A stretch of DNA of 64,000 bases from an uncultured Candidatus Peribacteria bacterium (lineage in GTDB: Bacteria; Patescibacteriota; Gracilibacteria; UBA4473). Positions 46,042 to 55,136 of the stretch are shown piece after piece. Numbering within the stretch: position 1 is the first letter of the stretch; every line of letters begins with the position of its first letter. Position numbers and translations under genes: made by a program. Below the pieces are notes generated by a model. It was not told where the DNA came from. It searched no databases and saw only the letters and a list, made by a program, of their open reading frames with translations. Location of the stretch: positions 8,220 through 72,219 of the forward strand of contig CAYFJZ010000005.1 of NCBI GenBank assembly GCA_964343715.1. Direction: 5' to 3'.

Positions 46042-47019
46042 ATGATGAATCCCATCAAAAGACTCGGAATGCTAACCGGCCTCTTACTAGGCCTAGGACT
46101 CGCTATAACTACCAGTCTGATCCCCCAAACCAACGCCCAAGGACAAGTCCCAAGCTCCACCGCTGTATTCGGCGAAGGCAACTTTCTCAACCGTTCAACA
46201 GGCTCTGAAGACGATATGGGATCCCTGGTTCGAGACTACACCAAAGGAGGAGCCGAGGGAGAAGTTCAGATTCGAAACACGATTATCAACGCAATTAATT
46301 TCCTCAAAAAACTGCTGATTCCCATTACCTTTGTACTCTTTGCCTGGGCTGGGGTCGAGCTCTATCTCACCCACGGAAACGAAGAAGATCTCAAGAATAA
46401 GAAAAACATGGTCATCGCAGCCTCGATGGGGTTTGCCGTGATTCTTTTGGCCTACACTATGGTCGACAACGTTTTCTTTGGGAAAGAAGGAAAAATCCTA
46501 ATCGGGGACGAATCAGCCTCCAATGCCATGGCCCAGGTCGGAGTGAATGAAATCAAGGGAATAATTGCCTTCCTCACCACCTTTGCCGTCGCTATCGCTG
46601 TCGCCTTTGTGGTTATTGCCGCCATGAAACTGATCATGGGAGGCGAAAACGAAGAAGAAATCGGAAACATCAAAAAACAAGTCATCTACGCCTGTCTGGG
46701 AATCACCGCCATTATGGTCGCCTCCCCCGTCGTAGAATTCATCGCCACCGAAAACGAAATCCGAACCTTCGATCCGGCCAAAATGAATACCTTCTACCCC
46801 ACCCTAGTTCGATACACCAATATCATCCTCGGGTTCATCGGGGTGATTGGCGTGATTTCTCTCATCTATGGTGGAATTCGACTCATCCTGGGATTCGAAG
46901 ACGAACAGGCCACCGAAGACGCCAAAAACATTGTTATCTACTCAGTTATCGCCGTCGTCCTTGCCTTTTCAGCTTTCACTATCACACGGTTTCTCATTAC
47001 GCCTCCGGCGGTGATGTAG
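46042..47019 (+). CDS. membrane protein with three tandem VirB2/TrbC-like pilin modules
   Basis: The ATG at 46042 lies just after the upstream TAA. Three hairpins carry loops LTHGNEEDLKNKKN, IMGGENEEEIGNIKKQ and ILGFEDEQATEDAKN. Confidence 0.6.
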   Translation: MMNPIKRLGMLTGLLLGLGLAITTSLIPQTNAQGQVPSSTAVFGEGNFLNRSTGSEDDMGSLVRDYTKGGAEGEVQIRNTIINAINFLKKLLIPITFVLFAWAGVELYLTHGNEEDLKNKKNMVIAASMGFAVILLAYTMVDNVFFGKEGKILIGDESASNAMAQVGVNEIKGIIAFLTTFAVAIAVAFVVIAAMKLIMGGENEEEIGNIKKQVIYACLGITAIMVASPVVEFIATENEIRTFDPAKMNTFYPTLVRYTNIILGFIGVIGVISLIYGGIRLILGFEDEQATEDAKNIVIYSVIAVVLAFSAFTITRFLITPPAVM

Positions 47020-48025
47020 GGTCTTGCTCCAAAAGCTTCACCCCCAGAGCCTCCAAAGTCCCCTGACCACCAATTTTTTGAGCCACCTCTCCACAGTGCT
47101 CTCTTCTTACCGAACCTCCCACAGCAAGATAATTTTTCATGCGTTCAAGAGCCGCCTTGGCGTCTTCCATTCCTTCTGAAACAAAATAACTCTTATACGT
47201 TAACAAATAACCAATCGCCTTTTGGCAGATTTCACAGATTTCTTCTTCTGAACTTCCTATCTCCTGAGGGGTTATGCCAAGGTTAAGGGGACGCAATAAA
47301 CGATCAAAGAATCTCAAAAAAGTTTGTACATCCCGCCTATCTTCACAGGTATCAACAATTCTGTTAATAATTTCCAAAGCCTTCGCCGAGTAAGCAAAGT
47401 AAGCCTCACGATTCTGACGAAAATAAATCTCAATTTCATCTGGTTGTCCTCCCCAAAGATCCAGATCATGCTGATTAAGGTCTCCTTCCATTAACCCAGA
47501 AGCCAATCTCAGTCCCCTCCTTTGAGGAATCGTCATTCCATAGCGTTCCGCCAATTGCTGCTCCTTCTTATGAATTTCACCTCGCATTTGATCCTGCCTA
47601 ATCACACTAAGGTCCTCTTCTATACTCATCGTACGAGTCAAAGACATTTTCGTTACAAAACAAACCTGTTTAAACCGCTCAAAATTACGCAGAGCTTCTC
47701 TGGAGGCGAGCGGTTGAGGACTTAACTTTTCTCTCACTACTGCCAAAAGGGCTCTTCCTCGAATGATATCCGCCATCTGAGTAATTTTTTCGAGCCGATC
47801 CTGAAGTTTTTCGGCCAAAAGGGACAAGTCTTCCCTTTCCAGATTAAAACGAAAAAGCCACTCAGCGAATTCAAAAATAACTGCTTCTGGGATCTGCCCT
47901 GCCTGGTCGACTTTCTTTGCCATTGCCATTACCTCTCTGGCCGTTTCACTCCCCTCATAAAGTCCTATTTCACGTCGTTCGGTAAAAGGGCCATAAAAAT
48001 CGTTTGTGGGATCAAATCTTTCCAT
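46997..48025 (-). CDS. hypothetical protein
   Basis: 342-aa ORF, helical and acidic, with no recognised motif. It overlaps the convergent 46042-47019 by 23 nt. Confidence 0.55.
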   Translation of the reverse strand: MERFDPTNDFYGPFTERREIGLYEGSETAREVMAMAKKVDQAGQIPEAVIFEFAEWLFRFNLEREDLSLLAEKLQDRLEKITQMADIIRGRALLAVVREKLSPQPLASREALRNFERFKQVCFVTKMSLTRTMSIEEDLSVIRQDQMRGEIHKKEQQLAERYGMTIPQRRGLRLASGLMEGDLNQHDLDLWGGQPDEIEIYFRQNREAYFAYSAKALEIINRIVDTCEDRRDVQTFLRFFDRLLRPLNLGITPQEIGSSEEEICEICQKAIGYLLTYKSYFVSEGMEDAKAALERMKNYLAVGGSVRREHCGEVAQKIGGQGTLEALGVKLLEQDPTSPPEA

Positions 48026-48290
48026 GAAAGTATTAAGAATAACTCTTTTAATAATGTTTGTATTTCAAACAAAATGATAAGTCAAAACAAAGCAATCAAA
48101 AAAGTATTTTTTTAAATTGTCCAATTATCAGGAAGAGAATCCGAGAATCCTGTGCCCTCTCTACTGTACCAAGTGGATTGTGATTTTTATATAGCATGCT
48201 AACGGCTATTTGTTTAACATTTTCGAAATTAACCCCGAAAGCATTCGGCTAATTTCTTCAAAAGAAGCGTGTAGTTCTTGGAAGAGGTCT

Positions 48291-48638
48291 TCACCTCTGG
48301 CTATTAATTAACCCGAGAAGCATTTTTGAAATTTCTTCAAATTGACTGTAAAAATACTGAAATTTTTCTTCCAAAATTTGTTGATCATCATGAATAACAT
48401 CAAATAGAGAAACACACTCGTAAACTGATCCCCTAGCAATCACATAAAAATTTCGTTTATCCGCTTTTGTGAAACGACCACTTCCCTCAGCAATGTTTAT
48501 GACCATGCTGATAGAAGCTCTGCGTAGCTGATCTCTCAGGTAAGTATCAATTTGTTTATTTTCTTTTAAAAATTTTTGAACATCTTTGTTGAGGGCTTTT
48601 GTTTTTTTATATACAGAGAGATTTTCGAAGTCGAACAT
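48291..48638 (-). CDS. four-helix-bundle protein (23S rRNA intervening-sequence protein / Avd-like family)
   Basis: MFDFENLSVYKKTKALNKDV...LRRASISMVINIAEGSGRFTKADKRNFYVIARGSVYE is the typical family signature. Confidence 0.8.
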   Translation of the reverse strand: MFDFENLSVYKKTKALNKDVQKFLKENKQIDTYLRDQLRRASISMVINIAEGSGRFTKADKRNFYVIARGSVYECVSLFDVIHDDQQILEEKFQYFYSQFEEISKMLLGLINSQR

Positions 48639-48664
48639 GGGATAAATATTAAAATTTTCCTTTG

Positions 48665-48760
48665 CTCACACTAATTACTAAATACTCATTACTCAAATTT
48701 TTGCCATGAGGAAACCTCCACCGTTGTAGGGGGGTGAGTGTGAGTAGTTAGTATTTAGGG
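48665..48760. repeat. pair of oppositely oriented heptamer arrays
   Basis: ctcacac taattac taaatac tcattac (48665-48694) faces gtgagtg tgagtag ttagtat ttag (48733-48758). The arms are complementary heptamer by heptamer but not perfectly colinear. Confidence 0.55.
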
Positions 48761-48783
48761 ATAAATTTTTTTGCAAAAATTTA

Positions 48784-48873
48784 TGGCGGAGAGAGAGGGA
48801 TTCGAACCCTCGGTGAGATTGCTCCCACACACGCGTTCCAGGCGTGCCCATTCGACCACTCTGGCATCTCTCC
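48784..48873 (-). tRNA. tRNA-Ser (anticodon GGA), long variable arm, CCA encoded
   Basis: The reverse complement is ggagagatgccagagtggtcgaatgggcacgcctggaacgcgtgtgtgggagcaatctcaccgagggttcgaatccctctctctccgcca. Confidence 0.9.
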
Positions 48874-49063
48874 TCGTCGTCGATGACTGCGTATGTTCCG
48901 CTTTCACTACGCTTTGCTTCGTGAAAACTCCACATACTCCGTCATCTCCTCCTCTCCCCAATAAGTCTCCGCATTCGCTCCGAATTCCCGGGGGCCCCGT
49001 TTTTTCGGGGAATTCTATGTAGAACATCATACAATCTTTTGTTTCATGAAAACTCCATTTCTC
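48874..49063 (-). ncRNA. conserved structured leader element abutting tRNA-Ser (copy E2)
   Basis: Stems are gatgac/gtcatc, gtatgt/acatac and (g)ctttcac/gtgaaa(ac). On the minus strand it carries GGGGAGAGGAGGAG and a CCCCG-A6-CGGGG hairpin. Confidence 0.5.
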
Positions 49064-49156
49064 TTGAGGAGAACAAACACAATTCTAAGTCTTTTCCTTA
49101 AACCTTTCCCTAAGTCTTAGAAATATTCCAAACTATTTCTATTTAAATAAATTTCT

Positions 49157-49233
49157 TGGTGGAGCTACAGGGATTCGAACCCTGGACCTCGCCCATGCCA
49201 TGGGCGCGCTCTAGCCAGCTGAGCTATAGCCCC
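49157..49233 (-). tRNA. tRNA-Ala (anticodon GGC), CCA encoded
   Basis: The reverse complement is ggggctatagctcagctggctagagcgcgcccatggcatgggcgaggtccagggttcgaatccctgtagctccacca, with anticodon loop atggcat. Confidence 0.9.
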
Positions 49234-49380
49234 TCGTCGTTGGTTACTACGTATCTTCCGTTTCCATTTCGCTATCGCTTCTCGAAAACTCCAAATACTT
49301 CGTAACCTCCTCCTCTCCCCAAAAATCCTCCATTTCATTCCGGCTTTCCAGGGGGCCCCTTTTTTTGGGGGGTAGTTTTA
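49234..49380 (-). ncRNA. conserved structured leader element abutting tRNA-Ala(GGC) (copy E3)
   Basis: Stems are ggttac/gtaacc, gtat/atac and tttcg/cgaaa. On the minus strand it carries GGGGAGAGGAGGAGG and a CCCC-A7-GGGG hairpin. Confidence 0.5.
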
Positions 49381-49437
49381 AAGAACTATTACTGTTTACC
49401 GTTTATTGATTGCTGTTCACTGTTTTAACCGCCGTGG

Positions 49438-49465
49438 ATTGTAGGATAAAAATGGAAATGTTCAA
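49438..49465 (-). promoter_or_regulatory. sigma70-like promoter (TTGAAC-N16-TACAAT) for leader + tRNA-Ala(GGC) (and possibly tRNA-Ser)
   Basis: On the minus strand, ttgaac (49460-49465), a 16-nt spacer and tacaat (49438-49443), followed by CCAC as in the 44372 promoter. Confidence 0.6.
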
Positions 49466-49576
49466 ATAATTCTCCTCAGAAAGGAGAAAACAAAAACCAT
49501 CGCCCTCTGTCAACAAATCTTATCAACACATCCTCCTTTCAAAACTCAATCATTCGTTCTACCCTTGGAGTCATAA

Positions 49577-50293
49577 ATGAAAACCATAATTATTTTCATC
49601 ATGACCTTTCTCTCTTCTCTTTCCGCACTCTTCGGTGGTTCTTCTGAAAATCCAGAAGAAAACCAAAAGAAGGCCGAAGCACTCCACCAGAAAGGACGAG
49701 AAGAAGCCGGAAAAGGCAATTATGAAGCGGGTATAAAACTCTTCAAAGAAGCTCAGACCCTAGCCCCCCAATGGCCCTATCCCCCCTACGACCTCGCCTA
49801 TACCTACCTACTCCAAGGCGACCACAAAAACGCCCTCAAATACTATCTCCAGACCGACCAGCTTTCTCCCAACGGTTTCTTCACCTGCAAAACCGCCCTC
49901 TGGAGCCTCGAAAAAGAAGCCAAAGGCATTTATCCAAAAGGTCTTTATCTCCTGTACATCGAAATCGAATGGGCCCCCTCAGCCGAAGAAAAAATTAAAA
50001 TAGCGAAAAAAATCGTCGAATCGCATCCCGACTATGCCCCCGCCTGGAAGGAACTCTTTATTCTGCTCGAAACAAAAGAAGAAAAAATGGAAGCGCTCGA
50101 AAAAGGACTCAAAAATGACCCCGACCCAGAGACCAAAGGTATTCTCCTCGCCAACAAAGCCGCTCAGCTCTATCAGAACCAACAAAAAAAAGAAGCTCGT
50201 GAACTCCTGAATCAAATCATTCAGGACCCACAAGCTTCCTTCGCCTCAAAAGGCATCGCGAAAACCCTGCTAGAGAATTTTGAACTCCAATAG
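49577..50293 (+). CDS. TPR-repeat protein with signal peptide
   Basis: 238 aa with TPR-like helices (AEALHQKGREEAGKGNYEAGIKLFKEAQTL; YDLAYTYLLQGDHKNALKYY). Confidence 0.65.
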   Translation: MKTIIIFIMTFLSSLSALFGGSSENPEENQKKAEALHQKGREEAGKGNYEAGIKLFKEAQTLAPQWPYPPYDLAYTYLLQGDHKNALKYYLQTDQLSPNGFFTCKTALWSLEKEAKGIYPKGLYLLYIEIEWAPSAEEKIKIAKKIVESHPDYAPAWKELFILLETKEEKMEALEKGLKNDPDPETKGILLANKAAQLYQNQQKKEARELLNQIIQDPQASFASKGIAKTLLENFELQ

Positions 50294-50294
50294 A

Positions 50295-50777
50295 TTACTG
50301 CCCCAAATTGCCTCTAAACACCTCAAAATCAACCGGGAAAGCGCCTCCTCTCACCTGAGCCAAAACCTCAAACTCATTGTGAAGTCGTTTTTTTACCTTC
50401 TGAGCAAAGTTTGCTTCATCAATTACCTCCAACGCAATCATAATACGCTCGAGCCGTTGAAAATAACTATTTTCAGTCCACTCTCTCAGCAGTTCATAAG
50501 CCTGAAAAGCGTAATCTTCATTTCCCATATCCGAAAACTGTTTCTTGTACACCGAATACGAAGGAAAGCTATCTACCCCCTGCCTCAAATCCTCCAAAAA
50601 AGTCTCCACATTAACGCGCAGGCGAACCTTTAACTCTTGTTTCATCCGCACCAATGACTGTTCAAGGATCTCAATCTCCTCTTTGGGTTTGAGATCCTCT
50701 GCCGATACTTCTCCCCCACCCCCCATAACCGCGACCAAAAGCATTCCCCCCACAATTTTGTTTTTCGTTTTCAACAT
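50295..50777 (-). CDS. hypothetical secreted protein
   Basis: 160 aa with N-terminal signal-like IVGGMLLVAVMGGGGEVSA. Confidence 0.5.
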   Translation of the reverse strand: MLKTKNKIVGGMLLVAVMGGGGEVSAEDLKPKEEIEILEQSLVRMKQELKVRLRVNVETFLEDLRQGVDSFPSYSVYKKQFSDMGNEDYAFQAYELLREWTENSYFQRLERIMIALEVIDEANFAQKVKKRLHNEFEVLAQVRGGAFPVDFEVFRGNLGQ

Positions 50778-50850
50778 ACGATATAGATTTAGGAATAGAA
50801 AAACTTTTGTTATTATACAATAAAATCAAATAAATGTAAATATCAAAAAA

Positions 50851-50905
50851 TAGGGCAAACACACGGGTATGTCCCCTACGCGGAATATTGTTGGATTATT
50901 AATGA
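50851..50905. repeat. degenerate second copy of the 1210-1262 GTAG palindromic element
   Basis: tagggcaaacacacgggtatgtcccctacgcggaatattgttggatt compared with gtaggggcaaacacacgggtttgcccctacaaatattgttaatt. Confidence 0.55.
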
Positions 50906-50918
50906 AAAATATTCTCGA

Positions 50919-51341
50919 TCATGATTCTTGTTTCTCTTCTGCTTCTTCTTTTACTCCTTCTTGCTTTTTTTCAATGTCTTCAGCTGAAACTCCATAGTCC
51001 GCTACACATTTAGCATATCCTTCTTTGTGTCCCTCTTCTCTCCCCTGCTTGAGACCGTCCACATGTCGATCACTACAAATATAATCAAAATCCTCATTTC
51101 GCACCTGTGCCGGACATTTATGAAGCCCCGGAACTACATACCCCAGACTCAAACATTCCTGACGAACCTCGGTTTCATCTTTTTTGACCGGTTTATCACG
51201 AGTCGCATTAAACATATCGGCCTGAAGTTGGTCATAAGCCTCTTTCCATTCCCGAGCAGATTTCCCCTCATACGCTTCTCCATCAAAATAAGAACACCCC
51301 GTAAACACTAATCCCAGTCCCAGAACAAATATCTTTGCCAT
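50919..51341 (-). CDS. lipoprotein, unknown function
   Basis: From the ATG at 51341: MAKIFVLGLGLVFTGC (lipobox). Confidence 0.6.
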   Translation of the reverse strand: MAKIFVLGLGLVFTGCSYFDGEAYEGKSAREWKEAYDQLQADMFNATRDKPVKKDETEVRQECLSLGYVVPGLHKCPAQVRNEDFDYICSDRHVDGLKQGREEGHKEGYAKCVADYGVSAEDIEKKQEGVKEEAEEKQES

Positions 51342-51517
51342 GCGTCTACAAATACAATAATTTAGCACCAAAGAGTTATACTCAAATAATAGGCCATTTC
51401 AAACCTACAAACTCTTCCTTGTATGGAATTACATTTGAATTAATTATAAAAAAATATCACAGCTTCATTCCCCTTCTAGGGCCAGAAAAACTCGAAGTAA
51501 ACCATAAATCCCAATAA

Positions 51518-52732
51518 ATGAACAATCTTTTTACTCAAAACAGAGAAGCTTTTAGTCCTCTCGCCGACCAACTCCGCCCCAAAACACTCGACGAATACGT
51601 GGGACAAACACACATCATGAGCGAAAAGGGCACCCTGAGAAAAATCATCAATGCCGATTGTTTTACCTGCCTGATTTTCTGGGGCCCCCCGGGGGTAGGA
51701 AAAACCAGTCTAGCCAACGTAATCGCGCATTCTACAAGAAGTAATTTTGTTCCCTTTTCCGCCGTGCTCCAGGGAGTCGCCGACCTGAGAAAAATCGTTG
51801 CCAAAGCCGAAGAAGAACAAGAACTTCGTCAGCGGAAAACCATTGTTTTTGTTGATGAAATTCACCGCCTCAACAAATCCCAGCAAGACGCTTTTCTTCC
51901 ACACACCGAAAAAGGCACCTTTACCCTTATCGGTGCCACGACCGAAAATCCTTCTTTCTCCATAAATTCAGCCCTACTGTCGAGATCTCATGTTTTTTCA
52001 CTCAAGGAACTCCGCCCAAAAGATCTAGAAAAACTCATAGAAAGAACAAAAAAAATACTCAACATAAATTTCACTCCAGAAGCCCAAAAACGACTCATTC
52101 AGTATGCCGATGGAGACGCTAGAAAAGTCATTTCGACCATCGAATTAGTAACGGCCCTCTCCAAAGAAAAAACCATCACCGAAGACCTCCTCACTCAATC
52201 GCTCAAAGACAAAACCCTACTCTACGACCGAAAAGGCGAAAATCACTACAACGTTATATCCGCCTACATAAAATCCATGCGCGGATCCGATCCCAATGCC
52301 GCCATCTACTATCTGGCTCGAATGCTCGATGCAGGAGAAGATCCTCGGTTTATAGCACGTCGTCTGGTCATCTTTGCCTCCGAAGACATCGGACTCGCCG
52401 ACCAACAGGCCCTCCCTCAAGCCATCGCCGTCTACCAAGCCGCCGAAAGACTCGGAATGCCCGAAATTCGTATTCCCCTGGGGCACATAACCGCTTATTG
52501 CGCCCGCGCCCAAAAAGACAACACCGCCTACCGCGCCATCAATCAAGCCCTAGAAACCGTAAAACAAACCGGATCTCTCCCCGTCCCGTTTCACCTACGC
52601 AATGCCCCCACCTCACTCATGAAAGAGATGGGATACGGAAAAGGATATGAATATGCGCACAACCTAGAAAATAAAAAACCAAGTCATGCGCATTTGCCCG
52701 AAGAAATTGAAGGGATGAATTTTTTTTCGTAG
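51518..52732 (+). CDS. rarA: replication-associated recombination protein A (AAA+ ATPase)
   Basis: [15 protein letters not shown]..., Walker [12 protein letters not shown], Walker B VFVDEIHR and MgsA C-terminal motifs ([23 protein letters not shown]). Confidence 0.9.
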   Translation: MNNLFTQNREAFSPLADQLRPKTLDEYVGQTHIMSEKGTLRKIINADCFTCLIFWGPPGVGKTSLANVIAHSTRSNFVPFSAVLQGVADLRKIVAKAEEEQELRQRKTIVFVDEIHRLNKSQQDAFLPHTEKGTFTLIGATTENPSFSINSALLSRSHVFSLKELRPKDLEKLIERTKKILNINFTPEAQKRLIQYADGDARKVISTIELVTALSKEKTITEDLLTQSLKDKTLLYDRKGENHYNVISAYIKSMRGSDPNAAIYYLARMLDAGEDPRFIARRLVIFASEDIGLADQQALPQAIAVYQAAERLGMPEIRIPLGHITAYCARAQKDNTAYRAINQALETVKQTGSLPVPFHLRNAPTSLMKEMGYGKGYEYAHNLENKKPSHAHLPEEIEGMNFFS

Positions 52733-52751
52733 GGAAACAAAATCTTGTCTC

Positions 52752-53243
52752 CTAGACCGCTTCTCCTTCAACAACGGCTCCTACCCTATCAGAAGCACCA
52801 CTAACTTCTTCAGTAAGAGGTGCTGGATATACCCCATCTTCTCCTTCAACAGCATTAACCAATCGTCCTATAAAATCAGCAGAAAAATTTTCGATTCTTC
52901 CAACAGCAAATCCCAGGGCAATTTCTGCCTGATCTTGTGAAAAAGCCAAGCCAGCCTCATTTTCCGTTCTTGAATCCTTCAAATCAGTATGAGAAAAAAC
53001 CTTCAAATCATTTCCTTCTCGGAAGAGAAAATAGGTATCCCTATGCCCACCTAAAACAAAATACTGTCCTTCGGGAACCTCATTTCGCCCTTCAAAGGCC
53101 TCATCTGGATTAGCTAACTCCAACACCTTCGCCAGAGCTAAAGTTGCTTCTTGTCCCTCCTGCTGTTGATCAACATCCCCATCCAAAAAAACATAACTCT
53201 GCCTTCGCTGTGATCTTCCTCGAAACCGAAATAAAGTCTTCAT
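52752..53243 (-). CDS. hypothetical protein
   Basis: I prefer the ATG at 53243 (MKTLFRF...). Acidic, with no motif recognised. Confidence 0.5.
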   Translation of the reverse strand: MKTLFRFRGRSQRRQSYVFLDGDVDQQQEGQEATLALAKVLELANPDEAFEGRNEVPEGQYFVLGGHRDTYFLFREGNDLKVFSHTDLKDSRTENEAGLAFSQDQAEIALGFAVGRIENFSADFIGRLVNAVEGEDGVYPAPLTEEVSGASDRVGAVVEGEAV

Positions 53244-53400
53244 AATAAGTAACTTAATTAGTATGTTAGGACGCCCAAAATAAGGATGATTCACGTACCT
53301 TCAAATTTTTTTCAAAAAAATCTCATAAAAAGCAAATATTTGTTTCATTTAAAACATTTGTACCATTCATGCCCCCTCGCATAAAAAATAACGCTGGGTA

Positions 53401-53447
53401 TACTCCATCACTCTTTACTCTTTACTCTTCACTCTTTGTTCTTCACT
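53401..53447 (+). repeat. pyrimidine-type heptamer array (ACTCTTT-like x6) immediately 5' of dnaX
   Basis: tactcca tcactct ttactct ttactct tcactct ttgttct tcact ends 8 nt before the dnaX ATG. It is complementary to 55104-55136. Confidence 0.7.
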
Positions 53448-53455
53448 AAAACGTC

Positions 53456-55072
53456 ATGACAACCCTCTTTCTCAAATATCGTCCCAAAACCTTTACCGAC
53501 TTAGTAGGGCAAGAATCCATCGTAAAAACCCTCCAGAACGCGATCAAAAATGATTCCCCCGCCCATGCCTACCTCTTTGCCGGCAGTCGAGGAACGGGCA
53601 AAACTTCTTCAGCTCGGATCTTTGCCAAAGCGCTCAACTGTGACGAAATAAAGAGCGGGAACCCCTGTGGAGGATGTCATACCTGTGATGACATTGCCCA
53701 AGGAAACCTCATCGACATCATCGAAATCGACGCCGCCTCCCACACCGGGGTCGACAATATTCGATCTATCATCGAAAAAATCGATTTTGCCCCCACCTAC
53801 GCCAAAAGAAAAGTCTACATCATCGACGAAGTCCATATGCTGTCAAAAGGCGCCTTTAATGCGCTACTCAAAACACTCGAAGAACCACCCGATCACAGTT
53901 TTTTCCTGCTGGCCACGACCGAAATGCACAAGATTCCCGAAACCATTGTTTCCCGATGTCAGACCTTTCGGTTTAATCGGTTTACGATTCCCCAGCTAGT
54001 CGAACGGCTCCAGTTCATCTGTGAACAAGAAGGATTCAAAGCCGATCCTCAAGCGCTCGAAATCATTGCTCAAAAAGCCGAAGGCGGAATGCGTGACTCA
54101 ATTACTCTCCTCGATCAAGTCGCAGCCGAAACCGAAAACAACATCACTCCCGAAGCCGTACGTACCAGCCTCGGACTAGCGCCCAAAGAGCATCTAGAAC
54201 AAATGTGGGAAGCTCTTACGAACAAAAATAGTGATCAAGGAATAAAGATCCTTCATCAATTAAATGAATCCGGAAGCGACTTCCGACATTTTGGTCATGA
54301 ATTTCTAAAGTTCCTTCGAACCAAGCTTCACGAAAACCTAAACACCCCCGAAAAACTCAGCTTAATACTGCCGGCTATTGAAGCTTTCGAACAAGCCGTG
54401 GGACGTCTCAAATCCTCACCCATTGCCGAACTCCCATTGGAAATCGCCATTATTACCCTCTGTCACCACGATCAAATCGCCTCTTCGGCTCCAGCACCTT
54501 CTTCTCCACCAGCACCAACATCAGTTCCCACAGCTTCCTCAAATCCAGCCCCCACACCTCCTCCCCCTTCAGACCCAAGTCCCACCCCATCTCCACCAGA
54601 ACCAACTCCTCCCCCCGAAAAAAACAAACCCAACGACGGATTTGTTTTTGACGACAATACCTCTTCTCCCTCTACCCCATCCCCAAAAAAGAAAGCCGAT
54701 CAAGCTTCGGCCCCTCCTCTCCCCAACGACGGATCAGTCATTCAGCTATCGGCCAACAATGTAACGGTGAATCTCAAAAACATCGGGGAAAAAGCCGGCA
54801 TCCCCATCTTTGCCAAAAAATCTCTTCTCACCACACAAGTAGAAGTAAACGGCCAAGAAGTCACCTTCAAAACCGATTCAGATTTTCATCTCAACAAACT
54901 CACCGCCAACAATGTTGCCGGGCCCATAAACAAAGCCATAAACGATATTTTCGGCCAAGAAGCCTCCATCAAATTCGTCCGCTCAAACACCCCAAAACCA
55001 CGCCCCCAAACAACAACTTCTGATTCGAAAAGCAATGAATCAGCGAGTATCGAAGACTTTCTCAGTTTTTAA
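53456..55072 (+). CDS. dnaX: DNA polymerase III subunit gamma/tau
   Basis: YRPKTFTDLVGQ, Walker A GSRGTGKTS, Zn module CGGCHTC, DEVHML and SRCQTFRF. A Pro-rich linker precedes the C-terminal domain. Confidence 0.9.
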   Translation: MTTLFLKYRPKTFTDLVGQESIVKTLQNAIKNDSPAHAYLFAGSRGTGKTSSARIFAKALNCDEIKSGNPCGGCHTCDDIAQGNLIDIIEIDAASHTGVDNIRSIIEKIDFAPTYAKRKVYIIDEVHMLSKGAFNALLKTLEEPPDHSFFLLATTEMHKIPETIVSRCQTFRFNRFTIPQLVERLQFICEQEGFKADPQALEIIAQKAEGGMRDSITLLDQVAAETENNITPEAVRTSLGLAPKEHLEQMWEALTNKNSDQGIKILHQLNESGSDFRHFGHEFLKFLRTKLHENLNTPEKLSLILPAIEAFEQAVGRLKSSPIAELPLEIAIITLCHHDQIASSAPAPSSPPAPTSVPTASSNPAPTPPPPSDPSPTPSPPEPTPPPEKNKPNDGFVFDDNTSSPSTPSPKKKADQASAPPLPNDGSVIQLSANNVTVNLKNIGEKAGIPIFAKKSLLTTQVEVNGQEVTFKTDSDFHLNKLTANNVAGPINKAINDIFGQEASIKFVRSNTPKPRPQTTTSDSKSNESASIEDFLSF

Positions 55073-55103
55073 ACAAAACTTTTGAACAAGTAGTTTAAAA
55101 ACA

Positions 55104-55136
55104 GTTAAGAGTAGAAAACAAAGAGTAGAGAGTATT
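55104..55136 (+). repeat. purine-type heptamer array 3' of dnaX; left inverted repeat around the four-helix-bundle gene
   Basis: gttaagagtagaaaacaaagagtagagagtatt. Its reverse complement matches 53423-53447 at 20/25 positions and matches 55521-55552. Confidence 0.7.

Noticed and set aside
48291-48638. Diversity-generating retroelement, suggested by the two Avd-like four-helix-bundle genes (also 55135-55488)
   Set aside because: No ORF in the window has reverse-transcriptase motifs (no YxDD-type protein). I found no template/variable repeat pair near either gene.
49234-49380. Small peptide gene in the tRNA-leader element (minus strand MEDFWGEEEEVTKYLEFSRSDSEMETEDT; the E4 copy gives MKDFWGEDLAL...)
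   Set aside because: The reading frame is not conserved among copies. E2 stops after about 10 codons, and indels shift the frame between E3 and E4. Nucleotide blocks and stem complementarity are conserved instead, which favours an RNA or DNA element.
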